DNA of 64,000 bases from Carpediemonas membranifera BICM (Eukaryota > Protista > Fornicata), in contig JAHDYR010000011.1 in assembly GCA_019828565.1 (NCBI GenBank), positions 357,214 to 421,213 on the forward strand. Direction: 5' to 3'. A program made the position numbers and the translations under genes. Of the stretch, positions 55,897-64,000 are shown one piece after another (the stretch's first letter is position 1; each line of letters opens with the position of its first letter). The notes beneath the pieces were generated by a model, which made no database searches, had not been told where the DNA came from, and saw only the letters and a list, made by a program, of their open reading frames with translations.

Positions 55897-57667
55897 TTAT
55901 TTCTCCATCTGCGAGTTAAGCCAGGCCACTGCCTTTCCCGTCAGATATACCTTACGTGTGTCGTGCACCTTCTTTGTTGCTCTTGCGGCTGAAGCATCAA
56001 CAGTGGCCTGCTTCAACAAATCTCGGCAGCTAGACTTCGGCGTCTTGGTGCCACGCCGCGTGCAGGCCCACTCTCTATCGTCCACGGACCCACCGCACAC
56101 GGCATTCATGATTCCAAGGTCTAATTATTTACTCGATTTATTCCGGCACCTCGTTGAGCAGGAAATAGTGCACTTTCAGGCGAGCATATCTCACTCTAGA
56201 CACGCTGCACTTGACCACCTTAGCCACGCCATCGCAGTCACCCACAACATCATACCACTGCCCTTCTGTGTCGCATAATGCGTACACACGCTCATATGTC
56301 TGATAGACAGCTGTTGCCTCAAAGGGCATATCTAGCGTACAATCGTCCTCGCAAATATGGGTGCAACCAGGAGACACCCAAATCAGCCGCCAGGGGAAAA
56401 ACAACACCGCCTTTACATTCAAAGGGAATGCAATCGGCGTTGCTGTGAGGCATTTCTCGCGCTGCTGGTATTCAGGCAGTAGGCCAGACTGGGCGATATG
56501 TTGGGGAACCACACCGGCGAACAGGAGTTGACTGCCGCTGAGGAAGACGTTGCAGCGACAGTCTGCCATGAGCTGGTCGACCCTGAACGGCAGCTTTTCG
56601 AAGCCCCGTATACATCTATCGCGTCCAAGTCCCAGCTTATAGTGGCGGTTGAAATCGCTGATTACCTGCTGATCGCCCGCGGAGAGGATAACTGTCCCCC
56701 CTCCATACATGATCCGATCAGGGGATGAAGCCAGTGGGCACAGCGACTGGGTGGAAGACGTATCTTCTCAGATCGTCATGAACTGTGAAGCATGCACCGT
56801 TTCCAGCCATGACAGTACCGACTGGGGTGAGGATGAACCTGCGACAAGCCTGCTCCGACACATCGATCACCATCCTGTTCTTCTCCCAGGGGGGCAGACT
56901 GGCCTCGAGCTCGGCGATATTAGGGCAGCTGGTGAAGGTGAGGCGGGTCGCATTCCAGTGCCAGTCCAAGCTCCATGCCCACAGACCCTTAGGTGTCCTG
57001 GTAAGATGGCTGAAATTGCAACTGTAGACCTCGAGGGCCCTGGGCATCCTGGCTCTAATGAAGATGGCGAGGTTGTCTGGACGAAGCATGAATAGACGGC
57101 CCATGTACATGCGGTGATGGTAGTGTGTGTTGCCATTTGAGAATTGGTAGTACTCGCCGTCCTTCTCGGCGACGTTCAGTGTGAAGAAGAACTTGCGGCA
57201 GAGGAACCAGAGACACTTGCCCTCGGGGGCGAGAGCATTTCGGATGAGGTCCTGGAGGTCTGGGTTGGCCCCTCCACCCATAAGACACGCCCACACCGCG
57301 CCCTGGTTCAGTGTGCGCATGGCTGCCGGGAGCTCATCGCCAGGCGAGAGCTCGACGTTCATGGACAGCGGGGGTCCGTCTGCGAGGATCGAGCGGGCGT
57401 GATCTAGGAGGACTTGTGCGGTTGGTTCAAGCGGGGGATCTTGGAGAGCGTGGCGAGGAGGGATTCGAGAGAAGGGGCGCTCGCTGGTGCAGTAGTGCTC
57501 TCTGCGTTGTGGAACGAGGGCATCTCCTCGCCAAAATGCCTGGTGTAGGCGCATTGGAGCAAGGATGGTACGTCCCCGGAGATACGGGCTGCTACAACTA
57601 GCGAGGCGCGGAATACGGAGATAAGGGCTTCTTTGATGGCTGATGGGGAGGAACTAGCACTGCTCAT
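55897..57667 (-). pseudogene. Frameshifted gene with an RCC1-like beta-repeat region
   Basis: Abutting ORFs 57404-57667, 56718-57554, 56138-56710, 55897-56109; ISDFNRHYKLGLG resembles the RCC1 GxNxxGQLGLG motif. Confidence 0.45.
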
Positions 57668-58049
57668 CGATTCCAGCGCTCAGTTCGGTGGCGACTTGTT
57701 CTCGTTCTTAAACTGCTCAATGAGAAAGGATGACAGCAGAAACGACGTCCTGGAGGACGTCCTGGTGTTGGGAGGGGGTGTTCTTGAGCACGTGATAGTG
57801 GACGGCCTTGTTGGTGGGCGCGGCCCATGAGAAGCACCAGCGCAAGTAAAGCATTTTTGCAATATATTACTTGCGTTTGCGCTGTCGTTCTCCGGGCGCA
57901 CTTCCCCGGCCGCTCTTTTGACACGGACATTGCCGTGGGGCCTCCTCCTCGTAGCTGTTTCCTCCCCGGGTTCTGTAAATGGTGTGTTTTGATTCATCTG
58001 TCCCTTTGTTTGTCTCGGCGTTGAACTTTGAAAGCAATAAATGGCTACG

Positions 58050-58289
58050 ATCAAGATATTATTGTCCAATGAGGCTCTTTACATCGCCTTCTAGCTCGAT
58101 ATTGATGTTGTTAGTGATTTTCTAGAGTACAGCACCAGTTTCGGTAATAGGGGGACAGACGAGCGCAAACAACTACATGGCTCCGAACTACACGCGTCTT
58201 GGCGTTGATATTGGTTATTAAATGGACTGTTCGTAACATATTGAGGGATTTCGTCATTGTACTCGAATGCACAAGTGTGCAGTTTATGC
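58050..58289. repeat. 240-bp direct repeat, copy 1
   Basis: Highly similar to 61328-61567. Confidence 0.9.
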
Positions 58290-58370
58290 ATCTGCCGGAA
58301 TCTCATTTAAGGGAGATAACAGCGTCCTAAACAACAGGGATCTGTCAGTCATTATCAAACTTTACTTCTC

Positions 58371-59574
58371 TCACTCAGCCTCGTTGTCCCGCTTCTCCGG
58401 AGTAACCAATTGAGCCTTCCTTGTGCCGGGACGGGTGACACCAAAGACTCGGAAGAGTAAGTCGCTCGTCTGCTCCAAACCCTGGCTTTCCTCAAGCCTC
58501 AGAATGTTGTGCCGGATCTTATCTCGGTCCTGGTCTTGAAGATGCCCGAGCTCAGCGTTCAGCCTGTTATCAAAGGCTTGGCTGAAGATGAGCACGGAAT
58601 GGGCCAGGGTTAGGGGCACAGCTTGGTGACTGGCGAGCTCGCGGAACTCCTTTGGCCAGAGAATGGCGTACTTGATCATTTTGGCGTACTTACGCCGCAC
58701 ATTGTGGGTCTTGATGGAACTCATCTCGTGGATGCGCTTGTAGATGCCATCACAGTAGGTGTTCTTGCCAACGCGCCCAGCCAGTACATCGGCACGTAAA
58801 CGTTCGGCTGCGGCGTCAAGACGGGCGACCCTACCCTCATCGTCGACGGGCATCGCTCCACGCTTCCCTGCGATCGTGTACAGCTCCAGCTGCCAAGCAA
58901 TCATGATCCGCAGCATCATCTCGCGTGTTGCACCAGACGTCATTGTCTCTAGCATGAGTTCCAGGCGGTGTTCATCCATGTAGCCAGACTGAATGACAGT
59001 AAGCGTCGTCATAGCACTGGATACTGGCGCGATAATGCCGCCATACCAAGGCTCCTCCCTTGAGCACCGCGGTAACATCGAATGTCTCAAGGGTGAGATC
59101 AATCTTGGGCTTCTTCTTCTTGTCCTTCTTGCTCGCCGAAGGCTGCCCCTCACCCTCACCTGATGCTTCTTCGCCAGCCTTGCCCACACCCTCGGCCGAT
59201 GCCTGTCCCTCCCTGGTGATAGAACCATCTACTTGGCAGCTCCGACGTGCGAAGCGCCTCGTAGACGGGATTGCTGCTTCTTGTACGTTCTCTGCAGCCA
59301 CCACAACATCGCTTGTGCTCTCAAGAGGCTTTTGCTTGCGCTCTGTCAGCATCTCGACGACGTTCTCGTGAACACGGTGCTTCAGAACATCAACAACGCC
59401 TTCAGTGCGATACTTAGGCTCAATGCTGAAGTAACAAATCAATGCATGCACGATCTGGCGCTTTGATCCTTCCATCTCTTCGTCTCTTTCGTTCATTCGG
59501 AAACCGTTAAATAAACCATGGAATGGGTGGAACATGCGAGTGATCCAGACCTCAAGCGTGTCTACACACGGCAT
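58371..59574 (-). pseudogene. Hypothetical gene split in two overlapping ORFs
   Basis: ORFs 58972-59574 and 58371-59228; KKDKKKKPK NLS-like stretch. Confidence 0.4.
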
Positions 59575-59641
59575 CTTGCTTCATAAATGACTGTTTATTG
59601 CCCAAATTTTGTGTTGCGGCGTGACCGAATCGAACGAGAAC

Positions 59642-60301
59642 ATGAAGCTCACCAACAAGGCAGATACTGTGATTACGGCGGAGGAATACCAGCAATACTA
59701 CTCCTCTGATGACTTTGAGTCATTTGTTGCGGCCTGTGATGAAGCAGGCATTCGTTCTGCCCACAGCACCACGTTCTCCGTCGCAGTGGACAAGAATGGC
59801 TTCAACAGCGAGCTAGATCTGGCCATGGTGCCTCAGCATGCGCTTATGGGGCCGACAGTGGGCGATGGTATCCTTACCAACAAGAGCATCCCCAACGACG
59901 CAGTCATTGGCATATACTGCGGCAAGATCATCCCCGAGCCCGAACCTGGTGCAGTCACGACCTACGTGACGAGGCTCAAGAAGCCTAACAACTTTGCTGT
60001 TGACTCGGCCGGCCTCACGTTCGGCTGTCACAAGATCAACGATGGTGCTGCTTTCTACAACGTCGTACCGGGGACGGCCTACGTTAATGTGCAGGTGGGG
60101 GACCAGAAGAAGCGTCTTCCCGTCATTCTTTACTTGGCGGATCGCGCTATTGCCAAGTTCGAGTACCTCTCGATCGAGTATGGCGAGCAGTACTGGCGTG
60201 GACGCAAGCCCATGGCCCTCTACCCCTTCTGTCTGGAGAAGATGCTTGCTGAGGCTGAGTATGAGGAGATCAACGATGTCTTAGACGCCGTTCTCTCCTA
60301 A
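59642..60301 (+). CDS. SET-domain lysine methyltransferase
   Basis: GDGILT..I...IGIYCG, VDS, KINDG..YN, ADRAI..EYLSIEYGEQYW. Confidence 0.85.
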   Translation: MKLTNKADTVITAEEYQQYYSSDDFESFVAACDEAGIRSAHSTTFSVAVDKNGFNSELDLAMVPQHALMGPTVGDGILTNKSIPNDAVIGIYCGKIIPEPEPGAVTTYVTRLKKPNNFAVDSAGLTFGCHKINDGAAFYNVVPGTAYVNVQVGDQKKRLPVILYLADRAIAKFEYLSIEYGEQYWRGRKPMALYPFCLEKMLAEAEYEEINDVLDAVLS

Positions 60302-60476
60302 CCTAAATTGAGATCCCAACAATTCATTGCTTTCAAAAAGTTCAAGGGTCCTTCTACCTGGCCCATCATCACTGGGATCCTCGTGCTTGGCGCCCACATC
60401 CCCGATGTCACCCAAAAAGATCTAGAATTTTCCGAAAATCGGCTTCCGACAATTTTCATTGATCCCCTGACGCTCG

Positions 60477-61200
60477 ATGGAACTGGATATTGCGTATCAA
60501 CTGGTTGCTCTGAAGGAGATGAAGTCTATTGAGTCTCTTAAGATCAATTCCATCACGATTCAGAAGGAAAAAGGTCCGGAAAGCTGTCATTCTTGCTTTC
60601 GCGCAGTCTCCCCGCGGGTAAGAAGTGGGTAACGAGCACACTGAGGCTCTGTGCTGACCGCTACAGCGCTTTCGATCCAGTACAACGTGCAGAGCATGTT
60701 GTTTGGCATGAACTCCAACGCCACATTCAACGAGGAGGCAGCAATAGCGACTCTGCGCGTTCATGAGAGGCTCGTGACCCCGCTACACCAGTCAGTCTTC
60801 GCTAACATGGTCAGGGCCAAGCACAAGACACCGACTCTAGACGATTTCCTCGATACCGCGTGTGTCTTCCCCTGACTTTTACTGAGTTGGATCGCCTTGC
60901 CGCATGGGTGGGTGAGCGCAACCCCAGTGTCTGGGTCATCATGACGGAGGCTCGTATTACTGGCGTTTTAGATGGTGAGATCTATGAGCCGCTGCTTCGG
61001 GCCGTTGCTGACGACGCTGATAGATTCACGTTCGGCAGCCCCTGAAAAGTTCCTCCAGTTAACCGACACGAGCCTTGACTATGCCGTCGAGAGTGTCCAG
61101 ATCAAGGACTATGCCAATCGTCGCTGCCTTGTCAAGTGGATCGGGTATCCTGTGCCTGTCACCGTTCCGCTGACCGATACGTTGCGTGAGCTGGAGGCTG
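60477..61200 (+). pseudogene. Frameshifted gene with C-terminal chromodomain; candidate intron 60618-60666
   Basis: DYAVESVQIKDYANRRCLVKWIGYP..PL..LRELEA; GTAAG..CTGAC..ACAG. Confidence 0.6.
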
Positions 61201-61327
61201 GGGAAACCTCGGGGTTTGTGGGCGTGCGACGGGAGATAACCTTCTGGGCGGGGTCGTACAACCGGGGGAAATTCAGAACAATCTTTTCAGGCGTCGGGAA
61301 CCCGAGCGTGACGTTTCTGAGGAGTAA

Positions 61328-61567
61328 ATCAAGATAATATTGTCCAATGAGGCTCTTTACATCGCCTTCTAGCTCGATATTGATGTTGTTAGTGATTTTC
61401 TAGAGTACAGCACCAGTTTCGGTAATAGGGGACAGACGAGCGCAAAACAACTACATGGCTCCGAACTACACGCGTTTCGGCGTTGATATTGGTTATTAAA
61501 TGCACTGCTGGTAGCATATTGAGGGATTTCGTCATTGTACTCGAATGCACAAGTGTGCAGTTTATGC
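61328..61567. repeat. 240-bp direct repeat, copy 2
   Basis: Highly similar to 58050-58289. Confidence 0.9.
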
Positions 61568-62430
61568 TTTCTCGGCCAGCCGACGATATTTACCACCACA
61601 GACAGCTGCATACAGGCTGTAGACTAGACATATACAGCAGGCTGAGTAATATAGCACCATACCCCCCTACAAACCGCGAATCAACCTCAAAGTCACATAA
61701 ACATAAGCGATACGGTCGGTATATCAATCCTTTACTCTTTACTTCTTCACTGACCATCTCCTCCTCTTCAGCCCGGGAGGAACCTTTGCGCAGAGTGGCG
61801 TGTCCCCTTGTCACTTCGACCGCATACTCGATTTCCCACTCGCGACACTGTTGGGCAAAAACACGCCAGGGCGCTCTGGCCGTTTTCGTTGGGCTTAAAC
61901 GCGACATGTGTCACCTTGCCCCTCCTCAGACTTGCTAAAAACGTACATGCCGACGACTGGATCGATCTTTGGGTCAAAAATCCCGGACAACATGGAGGTA
62001 TGCAACGGACTTTCCAGTCATTGAGCACCAGGCTTCAACAGCCCACTGAGTTAACCACTTCTCCTGCATGATTGGCTTACCGATGTTGCTCCCTCCGTGA
62101 CAGTGTGTACACTGCACACTTCATGGAAAAGTTCGTCCCGGAGACCCTCCTCGGGCCGCCTGTACCCCGGAGTGGCCCGCCGGTTCATCTCTATCGCTTC
62201 CTTTGTATATCTGCTCGCGGTAGTTGTCCGCCTTCGTCTCCGCTGCACACTGCTCTTCATTCGTCATCGTCTCCCAGCTCTTGAACGCATGAGGCTCCCG
62301 TGACGCCCCTCGATCATCATGAGGCAGTGTGTTATACAGTTGCCGTGGGCAGGGTTTTGTATCTGACCCACTGCTTGCTCTTCTCCAGCTGGATTGGCGA
62401 CGCCAACTCTAAACTTGACTTCCCTGCTCC

Positions 62431-63750
62431 TCATCTGCTTCGAAGCTGGGTCGACGTGGTCGACCTGGACATATTCAACGTCCGACTCCAGCCTCGAATG
62501 CCACCTTTGCTGTCTGCCTCTTGCTCTTTATCTGCCTCACGCTTTTCCTCTGACTCTGCATTCACTCTCTGACTCAGCCTATCTCGTCCTCCTGTCTCCT
62601 CCTCTGCCTCACCCTCCTCCACTGGCTCTCTTCCTCCTCTGACTCCTCCTCCGAGTCCCTCTGGCCTGGCTCTTCTCGGGCTCAGCCTGATGCAGGCGTC
62701 GCATTTGGTCACGTCCTCCCTATGTGATCTCACCCTTTCCTCTCCTCTGTCACCAGCTCCTCGTGTGCCTCGCGCTTCTTCTCCTCTGTCACCATCTCCT
62801 CCCTCGTCTGACTCCTCTGAGCTGTTATCGACATCAGCGATCTTCTGAGGGATTGTCATGAGGGCCTTTGCGCTTCATGTGGATTGAGTCGCTCTTCCCG
62901 CACGGTGGGGGTACTCGTTCGTGCTTGGTGTGTGCCCGACTGGGGTAGGTCGCGGCGAAACGGCGCGGGTGTCGGGCTGGCACCCCATGGAGATGCTCAG
63001 CTGCGTACTCCCACGTCTTGCAGCAGCCTCGTGACGGTCTCCTCCAGCTCGAGTACTCTCTTCTGCGCCTTGTGATGGAGCACTCGTGCCTCCATCGGAA
63101 GAGATGGGAGGTCTTTGTGAATCCAGTCCTTCATTTTCGAGCAGCTTGGATACGCGAAGGTATCTGTCGAACTGGACGTCGACGTGGTTGTCCCCAGCAA
63201 CCGCAGCTGACTCTCGAGAGGCGCGAATGCGAAGCTCGCCGTGCACCTCCTTCTGGACTCTATGCCACAGGACGTAGCTGCGAGCGTTATTGTCCTCCCA
63301 CTCTTTGAGCTTCTGGGCGATCTTTCTTCGCGCCGGCGCTTTGATCGCGTTCTTCTAATCTCTCATCGTCGGACTCTGCTGTCAAAGTCCACCTCACCTC
63401 TCACTGTCGCACAACTCAGAATCGTCGTGACGCCGCTCTTCACCACTGTCCACGCCACTTCATCGTCGACGGGTTCTTTCTAGCGCTCGGCCTTGCCCTT
63501 GCCCTTGTCCTTTCTCCCTCGGTGTCAATGGCCCTTCAATAATGGCCTTTACGCGCCTTTGCGCTTCTCCTGGCTATACACGATATCAGCCTGGTTGTCG
63601 TCAACCCACTTCGCCAGCGCGCCGGGCTTCTGAACTTCTTGGTCCGGCGCGAGTGCCATAAACTGCTTCTTCAACTTATCCTGGAGCTCCTCCTTCTCGT
63701 CCTTCTCGTGAGGCGGAATTTCGTGGTGATATGGTTCAGGTTGATTCCTA
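62431..63750 (-). pseudogene. Degenerate charged/coiled-coil coding remnant
   Basis: Fragmentary E/R/G-rich ORFs with many stops; no domain recognised. Confidence 0.25.
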
Positions 63751-64000
63751 TATAAGCATTGCTATGACTACAAACGCTTCCTGATCACTAGATCGAGCAG
63801 TTTCGTTCATCCAGCAAAAACCGCGCGAAGAACAGCACATTTGGCATGATTGGTGGTTGCCTTGGTGTATGCAGCCAATATCGCATCGTACTGTTCCCTT
63901 GCTAGCGCCTCTCAATCCACTCTTTAGCAAGTCCATTTTCGGCACTCATCAGCAAGAGAGCATAAAAATGGACATAGAGTGCCAAAAGTAATAAACTGAA

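Noticed and set aside
54634-56100. Direct repeats as transposon ends
   Set aside because: They correspond to paralogous 3' coding ends of two genes.
58050-61567. 240-bp repeats as LTRs
   Set aside because: No TG..CA ends, PPT, TSD or gag/pol between them.
1-64000. CRISPR array, rRNA or prokaryotic defence system
   Set aside because: No regularly spaced repeat-spacer array or rRNA motif seen; gene content and introns are eukaryotic.

Overview
Eukaryotic DNA from a compact, GC-rich protist genome. The 28-34 nt introns with the branch point fused to the 3' splice site suggest a fornicate/metamonad (inference). There are three zones. (1) 1-32.8 kb is a nested retroelement cluster around a tRNA-Lys gene: four chromodomain Ty3/gypsy elements with very short LTRs (61 and 82 bp confirmed by pairs; about 93 and 112 bp inferred), one DIRS-order (PAT/Ngaro-type split direct repeat) element abutting the tRNA, a three-copy tandem array of a second DIRS family, and a truncated STE20 kinase. 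(2) 32.9-46.1 kb holds intact host genes: a prominin-like membrane protein, BMS1, SmD1, an actin-related protein, a TMC channel and tRNA-Leu. (3) 46.1-64 kb is a second accessory zone: an RLE non-LTR fragment, the 3' end of a third DIRS element, a long frameshifted gene with a Maelstrom/arenavirus-NP-like DEDDh nuclease, a HEPN gene, an RCC1-like gene, and a SET plus chromodomain cassette between 240-bp direct repeats. Best novelty candidates: both complete Ty3 elements have a perfect palindrome starting on the last LTR base where a tRNA primer-binding site should be, and Ty3-1 carries an antisense, intron-containing chromodomain gene with an apparent homologue next to the SET gene. Most frameshifts lie in homopolymer runs and may be assembly errors.
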